A stretch of DNA of 64,000 bases from Eledone cirrhosa (Eukaryota), in assembly GCA_964016885.1 (NCBI GenBank), contig OZ024742.1, forward strand, positions 56,792,001 to 56,856,000, read 5' to 3'. The translations under genes were made by a program, and so were the position numbers. The notes below the pieces were generated by a model that had not been told where the DNA came from, searched no databases, and saw only the letters and a list, made by a program, of their open reading frames with translations. This document shows positions 1 through 13,616 of this stretch, piece after piece (position 1 is the first letter of the stretch; each line of letters opens with the position of its first letter).

Positions 1-376
1 GCGGTGGCGGTGAAGGTGAAAATGCTGTTGTGTTTAGTGTACACAGATGATGGGGTGGGCGGTGTATCTAGTTTCTGGTGTTGGTGAGTTTAGCTGTCCT
101 ATATAGTGTAGCCAGAGGAGAGGAGGGGGGGTTCTTCTTCTTCCATTTATAGCCATTTTTTTTTGGATATACAGTGTACAATACAAAGTTGAATATTTGA
201 ATATTTGAGCCTTATAACAATATATTTTGGGTCCGAATTTTTTGGGGCTCAAGCCGGGTGCTTTACGTAGCATTTGTACTAAGAGTTGTTATTTCACAAA
301 TGATTTAAATATGTTAAAAATTCAAAACTTACGGGAGCGATTTCATGACCTCCGTCACCTCGTGCGTCTTCTTCCC

Positions 377-377
<1 letters not shown>
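1..377 (-). mobile_element. 5' end (UTR and start of low-complexity ORF1) of an L1/Tx1-like LINE running off the window edge
   Basis: The reverse complement shares motifs (AAATCGCTCCCGTAAGTTTTG, GGCTTGAGCCCCAAA) with the 5' UTRs at 444-660 and 23500-23690, and begins directly at the (TAA)n tract. Confidence 0.5.

Positions 378-443
<66 letters not shown>
378..443. repeat. (TTA)n microsatellite between two divergent LINE 5' ends
   Basis: Directly visible. Confidence 0.95.
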
Positions 444-444
<1 letters not shown>

Positions 445-660
445 GGCGACCTACGTAGTAAATCGTATCATCGTGAGCTCCGCAAAGGTTTGTTATTTTC
501 AGTTATTTAAAATTGCCATTTATGGAAAAATTTTATTGTTCACTGTATATAAGTGCACATATATTGATTTCTGAAAATGACACTCAAAAATATTGGGGCC
601 TTGAGCCCAAATTTTAAACTTTTTATAATTATACAACAAAAAATTTTTCTATGAAAAATA

Positions 661-2816
661 ATGGATGACTCAGATTCACTCCTTCCTCACAATCCAACAC
701 CTCACACCGACACCACCATTGTAAATATTGCTACGTTTGCCAACACTGGAATTGAAAGCAGTAGCAATATTTTAAATTTGTCTCAGGGAGACGTTCATTT
801 CCCGCCATTACCAATGACTGCAGGTGTTAAAGCCGCCACCAGCACCACCACCGCGACAACCATCACCCCACCACCACCACAGCAACAACAGAAACAAAAG
901 AAAAAAATAAATTAACTCGTGATATTGAAATGAATTCAACCAAAATGAACTCTTCCACACCGAAGACCACTGACGCCACTACCACCACAACTGAAACTAA
1001 AATTAACAATAGCAAAAATAACGATAATAACAACAGCAACAATGAAATTAAGAAAACTACCCTGAGTTTTGCAAGAGTAGCAAAAACGTGCGAAGCGATC
1101 CAGGTAACTCAGGAAGAATTAGACGAAGCCAAAGGAATGGTAAAGAAAGATGGGTACAGTGTCAGCCCCCCCCACCCCCCCACCTAATAAAATGGAGCAA
1201 CGTCGCCTATGCACCGTGTCTTATCGGACAATAAACATAAAATCGCGCCGAGTGGAACGGGCATCTGAGTCCCAAATCCAAAAAGCTTTGGGACATGTGT
1301 GGGCAAAAAAACCCCACATCAGACGTGGGCAGAAGTATGGAACCGTGGACGTGTTCTTTGAAACACCACAGGAGGCCAGAGAACACTCCATGGCCCCATT
1401 AAGAAGTGACGACTTCACACTCATCCCAAGCTATTGTGGCCAGAGACTTGTGAAGATCAGGGTGACCCACGTTCCACCGGCCATCGAAATTCCCTGGCTA
1501 TTGGCTGCCGTCCTCGCCGGCATCGAGGCCAACACCAAAATAATAGTAATAGCAAAAGAAAAGCAGGAGAACTGGTCCGGATCTGGGATGGAGCTCCTGA
1601 TCCAAGCGGACCATAAAAGCGTTGAGGAGATCCCAGAGGTAATAGACCTCACTGACGGCAGCCACCTCACCGTAATCGTCGAGGGCAGAAGACCTAGGTG
1701 TGTCGTTTGTGGTGAAGGAACCCACCTAAAGGCTTTCTGCTCTCAGGCTAAAAGGTTGAGGCCACTCTCTTACCCACCCCAGTGACTCAACCATCAACAC
1801 CACCAGCAGCAGAAATAGCACCAACAACTGTAGCAGCAACAACAGAAGCAACTGTAACAGCAACAACCCCAGCAACAGTAGCAAAACCAACACCACCACC
1901 ACCCAACGCCCCAGAACTAGCACCAGCGCCTACACCATCCACCACGCCACAACCAAAACTAACGCCTGTGGAGGATTTTCCACTCCCCGGCTTATCGCAA
2001 CTGGAGACAGATTGTGACGACGAGGAGTGGGAAACGGTATCAGGAAAAAAAAAAAAAAAAGAAACCAAAAAAGAAAATATTCTCTTCCTTCCCCCTCAAA
2101 AAACAAAATACAGAGGGAAACAAATAAATTATCGAACAAGAAAGTTAAGACAGATATGCCACCATCCACACCAGCATCACAAACCTCATCACCACAAACA
2201 CCAACACCATCACCATCATTAACCCCAACACCACCATCATCAACCCCACAAAAGTCACCAAAAAGCGTAACAGAAACAAACCCACAACAAACGCAAACAA
2301 AACAAAACAACCAAAACGATACACACTACACAGCATTAAATTTGAACAATATGGTGGATTGGCAGTATCGGTAGAGGGTCGGACGCCATGCTTTCCAGCA
2401 TAGTTACGTCCCTTTATGATCTGAGTTCAAATCCCGCCGAGGTTGACTTTGCCTTTCATCCTTACAGGGTCGATAAAATAAAGTACCAGTAATGCACTGG
2501 GTAATTGCTGGCCTTGTGCCTAAAGTAGAAACAATTAAATTTGAACAATAACCAATTATTACACTAAATGCAACACAACACCAGCATCACAGAAAAAGAC
2601 TACACAACAACCCAAAAGTTCACACCACCTCCACACGCACAAATCACTCGCATCACACAGAAAACGTACACGACACTAAAACAAAAATTCCCCAAAGACA
2701 TCGGAAACTTCCGACAAACACTCTCCAGGAGGATTTATAAGGACATCCTTCCGGAGGAGGCCACAAGCAGAGAATGGGATGGACAAACCATCCTTCCTCT
2801 ACGAGAAGTAAGGTAA
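661..2816 (+). pseudogene. LINE ORF1 (gag-like; RRM-like region, CCHC zinc knuckle, Pro/Thr-rich tail), frameshifted and interrupted by a SINE
   Basis: ORF 1150-1785 contains VIVEGRRPRCVVCGEGTHLKAFC (CX2CX4HX4C). The reading frame is split across several frames. Confidence 0.8.
2352..2533 (+). mobile_element. tRNA-headed SINE (family A) inserted in LINE ORF1, with a 17-bp target-site duplication
   Basis: B-box GAGTTCAAATCCC, central block CTTTGCCTTTCATCCTTACAGGGTCGATAAAATAAAGTACCAG, and ATTAAATTTGAACAATA at both 2335-2351 and 2534-2550. Confidence 0.9.
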
Positions 2817-2850
2817 GTGGTCTTTCCCATGTTTTCCACTCCATTTCAAC

Positions 2851-5800
2851 ATGACCTCACTCAGAATAGGCAGCATAAATGCGCGTGGCTTGGAGTTGTC
2901 ATGGAAGCAGGGCCACCTGCTCAATGACCTCAGGTCACTAAACATAGATGTAGTGGCCATCAGCGAGACCAGAATCTCCGAAGCACGAGCCTTCGCAACG
3001 ATCTTCGGCGGCTACGATGTGTACGCATCTCCCAGCCGTCCGGGATCGGGGGAAGGAGTTGCTGCGCTTTTTCGGAGAGGTTTGGATCTCGCCATACGGG
3101 CCATCTTCCTGGAACCAGAAGGTAAGTTGGTGGAGCTAGACGTGACCAGCGGAGACGGGAAAGCTTTCAGGCTAGTGGCCGTCTATGCGCCGACAGGAGC
3201 AGGGCGGCCTAACTTCTTCCGGCGTCTGGAGACCTTTCTTGGAAGGTCCCTCTCTTTAGTGTTAGTGGGCGACTGGGACGGGATCTTACATGCACGCTGG
3301 GACTATGTGGGATTAGCGGATAGGGGAGGAGGGTGCAAGAGCCTCACCAACCAGCTCAGGCATTTTGAACTGTCTGACAGGTACCGATTGGATTTTCCGA
3401 ATATGCCAATGTGGACTTGGACAAATCGCATAGGGTCATCCAGATCATATCTAGATAGAGTATTTTGTAGGGGAATAGATAGGTCTAGCATAGGCTGTCC
3501 ACAATTCAAGATAGTCAGCTACACGGACCACAAATTCGTGATCTGTGTACTTGACTTAGATAGGCTTCATAGACGAGGACCCGGCTACTGGAAGCTAAAC
3601 GCGTCCTTACCAGCGCGCAAGGACTACAGAGACCGGATTAGCGAACTAGTTAAGCGGGCGTTGATGGGGGCCATCGTCAACAACAAGTGGTGGTTTGCTC
3701 TGAAAAGAGCGATTAGAATAGAGTCCATTAGGTTTAGTAAGGCTTTAGCAATAGAGAAAAATAGAGCAGAGGGAGAATTAGTTAGAAAATTAGACGAGGC
3801 GCTTAGCAAAGGCATCGCGACCGCCGTACTTGCGTCAAAATTTGCCCCTGACCAATTCTTCAATGCAAAGCATGAAGGCTGCGTTGTCAGAGCTAGGGTG
3901 CATGCTCTCAGACACGATGGGACGAAAGCCGTTCAATGGGCCCGAGTGGCGGAGGCGCATCATGGCAACAAAGCCACGATCCGGTCTTTGGTGGACCACG
4001 ACGGGCGCATGCTACTCGATCCCGGGCAAATGTGTGAAGATTTTCAGCGACACTTCGCTCAGCTGTTCGGGGGCAGCAGCGGGCCGGATCGAGGGATGGA
4101 CTTTAGTGTCTACCTCGACGGACTGCCGCGGCTCTCGGCCACTGAGGCGGAGTGTTGCGAAAAGCCGATAACAGCCGCTGAAGTACGGGAGGCAATGACT
4201 AGCTGCACAAGGGGTAAATCGCCTGGTTTGGATGGTCTGCCCTATGAACTTTACGTACAGATGCCAGACTTGTTCGGAGGCCTCTTGGAGGACGTCTACT
4301 GCAAATGGCAACAGAACGGGAGAATTCCCAGCTCTGTGAGCCGAGGAGCTGTGGCGCTGCTGAGAAAGGATCCGAACAAGTGGGATAACATAGATAATTT
4401 CCGGCCCATAACTCTGCTAAACACAGAGTTCAAGATTTTGGCCAAGGTGCTAGCAAAGAGGTTGGCGCTTGTCGTTGGTGGTCTGGTGGGAGACGCGCAG
4501 ACATGCGCCATTCCCGACAGATCCATCCACGACAACCTCCACCTCATGCGATACATCGTAGAGAGGGTAGCTAGGGAACCTGGCACGGGTGGGTCCTTGA
4601 TCAATTTAGATCAGTCGAAAGCTTTCGATAGGGTCGACCATCATTACCTAGCGGCAGTCCTGAGGGCGGCTGGCTTTGGGCCCGTCTTCAGAGATGGATC
4701 GCTGCCATGCACAGCGACATCTGCTCTGTGGTGAGAGTGAACGGTCACCTTTCGGAACCGTTCAACATCATGCGCTCGGTTCGCCAAGGATGTCCCGTCT
4801 CGTCCCTCTTGTACGTATTGACTCTCGAGCCATTACTGCACAAACTGGAGACGTTGAGGCGGATCCCGCGCTAACTAGGATGCGGAAGATCTGTGTCAGC
4901 ATATGCGTACGATGTCACTGTAGTGGTGTCGAACGCCAAACGCATCGAGGCGATCGGCACTACACTAAGAGAATACGAAGCGGTGACAGGAGCAATGATC
5001 AACCAGGAAAAGTCAGTAGGCCTGCAGCTCGGCACCTGGAGAGGAAGGTCCATGCCGTCCAACAGCGTCGTCGGGCGCTGGACGGACGGACCAGTTAAAT
5101 TGCTCGGGGCCTGGTTCGGTCCGGATCTCCAGACGGACAAAAACTGGGACTAGGTGACGAGCAGGTTGGCTTCTCTCACCCAGAAATGGGCGGAGAGGAA
5201 GCTATCCCTGAAAAGTCGAGCGGGGGTAACTAACGCGTATATCGCGTCCGTCATCTACTACCGCCTGACCGTCGTACCTTGTCCTAAGCCCCGCCTGACT
5301 GCGCTGGAGCGTTTGCTCTTTCGCTTTTTGTGGAAGGGACGCGCTCCGATGGTCAGGCGGTCCATCTGCTGTCAACACCCGCTACGTGGAGGGCTGGGCA
5401 TGCCGTGGATGATGATGCGCAGACACGCGCTCAGGCTACGACATCTCCACCACTTTCTCGACGGTGATCAGGTGTGGTCTCCGTTTGCTAGACACGTCTT
5501 TCCCCAGCTCGTCTCCTTGACGGAGCTGCAGTTCTGGGTCAAGCGAAGACCGAGAGGGAGCGCTTGGAGACTGGAATGTCTTCAGGTGCTCACAGCCCTC
5601 AACCAATCGGGCAATGTGATCGGTGGAAACTCCACCTTGGCGTTCTATAAAGGATTAGTGGAGGGGAAGAGCGACGACGTACATGGGGAAACTCTAGGCG
5701 TCGACGAAAATCAACTAGCCAATCTCTTCGGAAGAACTTTCGGGCCGGGGCCTATGGACAACTTCCAGAAATCCCTGGACTTGCAGTGCTACCGAGGAGC

Positions 5801-6269
5801 TTTGCCAGTTCGGGATAAACTCTACAGGCATGGAGGTGCCGTCAGCCGGGCATGTCCGAGATGCGCGCAGGGCGATGAAACAGTCCTGCACGCACTCGTC
5901 CAGTGTCCGAGCATTGCTGACTTGTGGGTTTATGTCGAACACCTGCTGTCGCGTGTGGGACGGATCCAACTATCAGCTGAGTCCATCGTGAGGATTGCCC
6001 CGCTCTCTTCCTTTAGCCGGGAAGGGCAGGCAGTTTTTATCTGTCTGGTAGCCATGGCGAAAGAGATAGTATGGTGGACACGTTTGAAAGGGCTGAAGAC
6101 AAGCACTTACCTCTTCGGTGATGCCCTGATTAACTTTTTCAAATTTCATTTGAAAAGGAAAATCAGAGTAGAAAGGGAAGTGCTCTCTTCCCAGCATTTT
6201 GTTGAAAGATGGGTGAGAGAGACAAGAATGGCCCGAGTGAATGGGCCTACTCTGAGTATGTGTCTGTAA
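2851..6269 (+). pseudogene. LINE ORF2: APE endonuclease, reverse transcriptase, C-terminal Cys/His motif; frameshift near 4690 and in-frame stops
   Basis: Motifs SINARGL, ISET, VYAP, VGDW, YLDRVF, TDH, KSPGLDGLP, FRPITLLN, LDQSKAFDRV, RQGCP, AYAYD (YADD decayed) and CPRC...H...C. Confidence 0.92.
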
Positions 6270-6719
6270 ATTAAAGGTGGAAAACTGGGAGAGGGCACTT
6301 GCCCTGGTGGTCAGGGTCACTGTGGCCTTTTTAATGGGCTTTCTCCACCAATGTCCCTCGGAAGTCTCCCCCCTATTGGGGAATTTTTTTCATTGTTCTA
6401 TTATTACCTCCTCTGTTTCTTGTTTTTTTTTTACACGCAGGAATGCCTATTTGTACCGTCCTGTATTGTCCTGTACTGTCCTTAATGTCTACTTTATGTA
6501 AACCCTTGTGGTTAATAAAGAAAACATTATTATTATTATTATTATTAAAATATCATTTAAATCCTTTATAACACAAACACTAAGGCAGCCAGTTGTATGA
6601 TTTGTATACGACAGACACCACAAGGGATTTTATAAAATATAAGCTGTCACATGAACAGAGAGGGGCGGATTTATCCACGAGCACACATACGAGCACACAC
6701 ACACACGCGCAAATATATG

Positions 6720-6797
<78 letters not shown>

Positions 6798-7154
6798 GCG
6801 GGTAGAAATATGTGTGGGTGTATCTGCGTCTGTGTACATGTGTTCGTTCAGAAATACACATATACAAAACTTCAGACATACACACACACACAGATGTATA
6901 TAATACATATACGCATATATATCAATGTATGTATATGTATGTATATAAATACATATTTGTGTGTGCGTACGTGTGTGTGTGTGGAAGCGGGGAGTAGACA
7001 GATATGTTCGTTTTAGCAGAGAAACGTGATTTCCAAAGACATGCAATGTAGATAGTTGCAGGGTATTACCTCAGTTAAGACGCATTACATTAATGTTAGT
7101 CGAGTCAACTTAAACAAGGCAGATCTATGGCAGATATTGACACACGTTTTATAT

Positions 7155-7248
<94 letters not shown>

Positions 7249-7323
7249 TACACTTATACATATATGTATAGTACTTTTGTACACCTATATATATATATAT
7301 ATATAGTATATATATATTGTACA

Positions 7324-7371
<48 letters not shown>

Positions 7372-7376
<5 letters not shown>

Positions 7377-8625
7377 AGATTTGAATGGAGAAAGTTTAGT
7401 TAAAAGGAATTTATTGACACGTGTTTCTATAACAGTTACTAACCTGAAAACAGCTGCTATCTACAAAGTATCAGTTATGCAGACATTCAATATTTCAATG
7501 TTATTATCAACTGTCATTTCATCGGAATAATTTTACTGAGGACCTGTTTGGTTTTTATAGTGAATATTAGGAGGGAGGGGTTCTCAACATATATATGTAT
7601 ATTAATAACCTTAAATTACCACACTAATAATGGAAATATATGCTGATGAGAATAGGTGGAAATATGCGATAATGAATGTGTCTAAAAGCGACCATAAGTA
7701 TGTATATATATGTGAAAATGTATATAAATAAGTAAGTATATATATATGTTTGATGTGTATAGTTAGATGTAAGTGTATTCATGTATTAAAGTGCTTATAT
7801 ATATATATATATATAAATATATACATATATATATATATATATATCTGTACACATAGACTGGAGTATGTATGTATATATGTGTGTGTCTATACGTGTGTAT
7901 ATAAAGATAAGTTGAGTATGTAAATGTATACACATGAACGCGTATGTATGTACATGTATATATGTGTGTATATATATATGTATGCATGTGTATATGCATG
8001 TAAGTATGAGCATGTAAGTATGTGAATGTGAGTATATGTATTTTGTAGAGGTGTGCATATATGTTTGTGTGTGAATTCGTGGGCGAAAGGATACGTACAC
8101 TTGAAAGAAAAATTTAAGTCTGAATGTTAATTAAGTGCAAACACAAAACCAACCACGCATATCTATACTATCTCTAATCCTTCTATAGATTTAGAAAAAA
8201 TAACCAATAATATATTCTATAAAAATGTCAAAACAACAGATGGGAATCTAATTACTCACTGCCACCAAAAATTCTCACTGATATCAAAAAACCACTCCCT
8301 CAACTATTCTTCTAACAACTTCACCCCTCCCTCCTAATATTCTCTATAAAAACCAAACAGGTCCTCAGTAAAATTATTCCGATGAAATGACATTGAAATA
8401 TTGAATGTCTGCATAACTAATACTTTGTAGCTGGCAGCTGTTTTCAGGTTATGTAACTGTTATAGAAACGCGTGTCAATAAATTCCTTTTAACTAAACTG
8501 TATCCATTCAAATCTTTCTATTTTTCTCCGGATTACTTTTGGAACTACAACTGGAACCGTCGAGCAAACTCTACGTGAGCTGTCCATCTACTGTGTGTAA
8601 TATTTATTTTACAACACTACGGAAA
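7372..8625. mobile_element. PLE-derived non-coding module: ~200-bp inverted arms (7372-7580 / 8325-8522), each carrying a hammerhead
   Basis: The arms are near reverse complements and the module is bounded by (TA)n on both sides. Confidence 0.75.
8374..8481 (+). ncRNA. Type I hammerhead ribozyme (CCGAUGA core variant); mirror copy on the minus strand at ~7411-7532
   Basis: TTATT CCGATGA [long stem II region] GAAA CGCGTG TC AATAA. Confidence 0.65.
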
Positions 8626-8628
8626 ATA

Positions 8629-8676
<48 letters not shown>

Positions 8677-8710
8677 ATATGTATATATATGTATATATAT
8701 ATATATATAT

Positions 8711-9114
8711 TAAAGAGTTAAACAAGAATTAATGAGTATATCAAAGAATGAGTTTTACAGTAGATTGGAAGCACTCTACGAGAAATAATTTTCCAGAGTT
8801 ATAAATATTAAAATACAAATATTAATAAAATAGATGTTCTTTTGATCAATTACATTTTATTATACATATTTCGGATGTACAACAGTACGTCCTCATCAGA
8901 CAAAATATAATGATACATGACATAACCTGAGATGTTAAATGGTTAAGATTTAATCAAGGGAGTCACTACCTTGATTAAATCTTAACCATTTAACATCTCA
9001 GGTTATGTCATGTATCATTATATTTTGTCTGATGAGGACGTACTGTTGTACATCCGAAATATGTATAATAAAATGTAATTGATCAAAAGAACATCTATTT
9101 TATTAATATTTGTA

Positions 9115-9123
<9 letters not shown>
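8711..9123. mobile_element. Palindromic hammerhead mini-element (family P1): 155-bp arms 8805-8959 / 8969-9123 plus ~95-bp unique tail
   Basis: Apparently perfect inverted repeat with a 9-nt loop, flanked by (TA)n. Homologous to 14831-15160 and 54380-54800. Confidence 0.85.
9022..9074 (+). ncRNA. Minimal type I hammerhead ribozyme; mirror copy at 8854-8906 on the minus strand
   Basis: ATTTTGT CTGATGA GGACGTAC-TGTT-GTACATCC GAAA TATGTA TA ATAAAAT. Confidence 0.85.
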
Positions 9124-9199
<76 letters not shown>

Positions 9200-9619
9200 A
9201 TATATATATATATAAATGTAATCTGAGTTTTTCGAATATTAAATATAACATTTGATTCGTTTGCAAACAACCCTCAATGTTATAGCCATGTCAGTATAAT
9301 GAACCCTTCATTCTTGCTCTTGTGTTGGCATGAGAACAGAACTGCAGACATCATTAATGTTAATGGCAAGGAAGCATATGTTTTTTAAAAAGACATTTTC
9401 TGTAGGGGCTGTCAAATATATTTTTTTTTTTTTTTATGTAGAATAGGGAGGCCCCTGACACGACTTCCAGTTGCAATCCCCTATTATTTCAAAGTGAAGT
9501 AAACAAGATTAATATGCTACGATTTATCAAACCTCCCCCGAAAAACATTTATTTTGTTGCCCTGTATATTGCTTAATATAAATACCTCTATCGAGGGCCC
9601 ACTTTTCATAATTACAATT

Positions 9620-9682
<63 letters not shown>

Positions 9683-9685
9683 TTT

Positions 9686-10206
9686 TAAATTGATTGAATT
9701 TTACTTGTTCTGCTTATCTTAATATTAAAGTTCTGCTGTATCAAATTAATACCATTGAACAACCTTGAATCATAGACAACCTATGTATTTCTGGGGGTAC
9801 CTAGTATCCCTGGACATATTAACTTCAATCTCTTTCTCCGTCTGTTGAGAACAATTCTGCTGCTCTATTTAGCTGCTATTTTTTTAGTAGTAATTGTAGA
9901 CAGCAAGTCTTTGATTTTCCCGCTTTTACTTCGGTCCAGTTTACATACGGGTCACTTTTACGACCTTTCAGACCTTTATTTGCTGGCAGGAGGTTATATA
10001 TTTTGTCGTTCCTGGGACGTTTAGCCCTAGGATGGGAAAATGCTTCTCTGATGAGCTTTGGTTTTCCATCATAAATCCATCGGATTTATGAGGTTTTACA
10101 AAGCGAAACTGATCAGTAAGGGCCACTAGGAGAGGTAAATATTTATATTATATTTTTTAATGTATTTTAAAAAATTGATTGAATTTTACTTGTTCTGCTT
10201 ATCTTA

Positions 10207-10210
<4 letters not shown>
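9686..10210 (+). mobile_element. Retrozyme-like / solo-pLTR unit with ~38-bp terminal direct repeat
   Basis: AAATTGATTGAATTTTACTTGTTCTGCTTATCTTAATAT at ~9688 and ~10172, an internal hammerhead, and (TA)n flanks. Confidence 0.7.
10044..10122 (+). ncRNA. Type I hammerhead ribozyme
   Basis: TTCT CTGATGA GCTTTG..TCATAAATCC-ATC-GGATTTATGA..CAAAGC GAAA CTGATCAG TA AGGG, with palindromic stem III. Confidence 0.8.
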
Positions 10211-10240
<30 letters not shown>

Positions 10241-10299
10241 TCACTCACTCACTGTGTGTATATATATACACACTCTCACTCACTCACTGTGTGTATGTG

Positions 10300-10360
<61 letters not shown>

Positions 10361-10367
10361 ATGTATG

Positions 10368-13300
10368 CATACATACACATACATACATACATACATACAT
10401 ACATACATACATACATACATACATACATACATACATACATACATACATACAAATTCATGACTCTACTGAACAAACAGAGCACCAAAAACTTGTGGGCTCC
10501 CTACAAGTGATATGGAATGATATGTTTCAAGAGATACACAGCCTTAATGTGAGTGACAGACCATACAACACTAGAGTCAGTAAAGAACCCACTAAATTGG
10601 AATTGGAAGCGGTGAACGAAATAGCTGGCAATTATCTGAAGGCTATACGATCTAAAGGTGTAGAAACGACATTTGAAACGCTTAATGTTTTGTTATATGT
10701 TTCAGCTGTCACATTGCTAGCATATAACACACATCTAAAACCACGCAATCAAGATACAAACAGAAAGCCTGAACCAGCGTGGATGCGAAATTTAAAAACC
10801 AAAATTTTGTCCCTGAGACGAAGTATCTCACACATCGCAGTCGTTATGAAATGCAACATAGAGAGCAACTTCACACAACACCAGGAAGACCTAAAGAAAA
10901 AGTTAGAGAGAAGATTTGGAGATACAAAATTTAAAACTTTGAACTCCGAATTACACCAGTTGAAACAACAACTCACAGCTACAACAGAAAGACTAAAATA
11001 TAAGTCAACAGCACATAAACGACAAGTGCTAAATAGATTGTTTGCCAGAGATCCTAAATCAGTTTATCGCAGCTTCGGTGGCAAAAGCTCAATCTCTGTA
11101 AATGACACCCCTTCAAAAGAACAGGTTGAGAGCTACTGGAGATCTGTATGGGGAACGGATGACGGATTCAACAGACAAGCTAATTGGCTAAAAGAACTGG
11201 AACAGGACTACTGCCAACATGTCCAGACAAAACAATATGACATAGATGGGTCAATACTGGAAACAGCTCTACAGAAAATGTCGAATAGGAAATCGCCAGG
11301 CCCAGACCTCATTACAGGATACTGGTTGAAGAATTTCACTTTCTATCGGCAAGATCTCATACGGCTGTTTACAGAAACCATTAAGGGCACACAAGAACTG
11401 CCCAGATGGTTATCAACTGCCTCTACTCTCCTCATTCCCCAAAATAGCCAAACCACCCTTGCTAAAAATTACCGCCCAATTGCCTGCCAAAACATCATGT
11501 ATAAATTATATACTGGGTGCCTTAACCTGTTCTTACAGGATCACTGTGCTACCAACAACATCATAACACCTGAGCAAGCTGGTGGAAAGAGGGAGGTGTG
11601 GGGTTGCATAGATCACCTACTAACTAACAAAATGATTCAGGAAAAAACAACAAAGAATCGCAGAAACATGACTGTCGTGTGGCTGGACTATCAAAAAGCA
11701 TTTGATAGTGTACCTCATGGGTGGATTGTTAAGGCTTTACAGTTAGCTAAAGTCCCACAACCATTGGTAGCTGCTGTTGAACGCCTGACCAAGAACTGGT
11801 ACACCAGTTTGATCCTTAGAGGTGAGAAGGAGCAGGTTAGGACTGATAAGATACATTACCAGAAGGGCATCTTTCAGGGTGATAGCTTGTCGGTGCTACT
11901 CTTCGTTCTCTCACTGAATCCACTATCTTACCTACTCAGGAAACAAGGTCGACAAAGAAGTGGGACCAGAAGTATCTCCCATCTTTTCTTTGTTGATGAC
12001 CTGAAGTTGTATGGGCCAAATATCAATGACATCAAGAAACAATTGGACCTCATTACACAATTTTCAACCGACATCAAAATGAAATTTGGTGAGTCCAAGT
12101 GTGCATATTTGGCAGTAAAACGTGGAAGAGCTGTGCCCTCCTCTAGAAATCTAGAGATGAACGGCCTGACAATACAACCTCTGCAGTCAGGTGACAACTA
12201 CAGATATCTTGGACAGGATGAGAATGTCAGATATGATGGACCCATAAATAAGGAGAAAACCAGAACTGAATACCTCAGAAGAGTAAAGAAAATATGGTCA
12301 TCAGAACTGTCAGCATACAACAAATACATTGCCCACAATACTTATGCTGTGCCAATTCTAACGCCAACATTTGGCCTACTGAACTGGTCATTGCAAGAAC
12401 TAAGTGAGATGGATGTTAGAACTCGAAAACTTCTCAGTGTTACTGGGAACTTTAACATCAATGGTGATGTGGATAGGCTATACTTCTCACGCAAGGAAGG
12501 TGGCCGGGGTCTAAAATCAATATTAACAACATATGAGACCCGGATAGTGACACTGAAGCAACACCTTCAACAGAGGAAAAAGGTTGGCAACCGTCTTGCC
12601 CAGGTTTATGACCATGAAAAAAGAAATATCATTAGAATAGCGACTGATCTGGAGGAGAGATATGGAATAAAGCCCGATATAAATCTCTCACCCAGAGAAA
12701 TCGGAAGATCCTATTCAATGTTCAAAAAAGAAAAAAAAATTGACCAATTTACAGAAAAAGTTGTGCATGGATACTTGAGGCGTAAAACACAGACCATAGA
12801 GGGGATAAACCACTCAAAAAGCCTGGCATGGAGTTCCGACAAGTTTATGACATCACACCTTGAGGGATATCTCTATGCAATACAGGAACAAGAACTCCCT
12901 ACCAAATATCTGCTGCACAAAAGAGGAGGGCCAGCAGCTGACAATAAATGTAGGCTATGTAAAACAAAGATCGAGGATGTAAGCCACATTGTTGCCAGCT
13001 GCGAAAGAATGTCATCTCGCTACTACCTCCCCATGAGACACGATGGGATAGCTAGAACCATCTGGAACGCACTTCGGAAAACAAAATTAACAACAAACGA
13101 GGAAGAATATATTGAGACAGATGGCACTAAGGAATACTGGTGGAACCTGAAAATAAAAACTGCCACCAGATTAAAGCACAACCGGCCTGATATTGTAGTT
13201 TGGGACCACACATTGAAAACGTGTTCTGTTGTGGAGATCAGCTGCCCACTTGATGTAAACGTTGTCAGAAAAATACAGGAGAAGGAGGACATCTACGGAC

Positions 13301-13616
13301 CATTGATGAGGAGTTTACAAATCCAGTATCCAAGATACACCTTTAGCTTCATACCCATCATCATTGGTGCTACGGGTTATATACCAACCCGCTTGGACCA
13401 AAGTATGACTGAACTTGGATTTGCGGACAAAAAGCGCAGCTCCCTAATTCATAGTCTACAAATGGCTGCGATAGCTGGCACCTTCAAAATTTGCAAAACA
13501 TTCTTGCGATTCAAGGGATGACAATTTCTTTTCTTTTACAACCTTGCCACCAGGAAGGTGGCCGGTCAAAAAAATATACTCAAAATTAAGAGAAAGAGAA
13601 AACATACATACATACA

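Larger units (their letters stand above)
444..6546 (+). mobile_element. Near full-length, inactivated L1/Tx1-clade non-LTR retrotransposon
   Basis: ORF1 with zinc knuckle, ORF2 with APE-RT-Cys motif, 3' UTR with AATAAA near 6513, and (ATT)n at both ends. Confidence 0.9.

Noticed and set aside
2352-2533. tRNA gene
   Set aside because: Only A/B-box remnants and no cloverleaf. It is multi-copy with TSDs, hence a SINE head.
8805-9123. DNA-transposon MITE interpretation of the long palindromes
   Set aside because: The elements are asymmetric with a one-sided tail, the arms contain hammerheads, and the layout parallels PLE pLTRs in the same window.
10291-10452. N-terminal ~54 aa of the 1076-aa ORF
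   Set aside because: Read-through of (TA)n/(TACA)n repeats upstream of the element.
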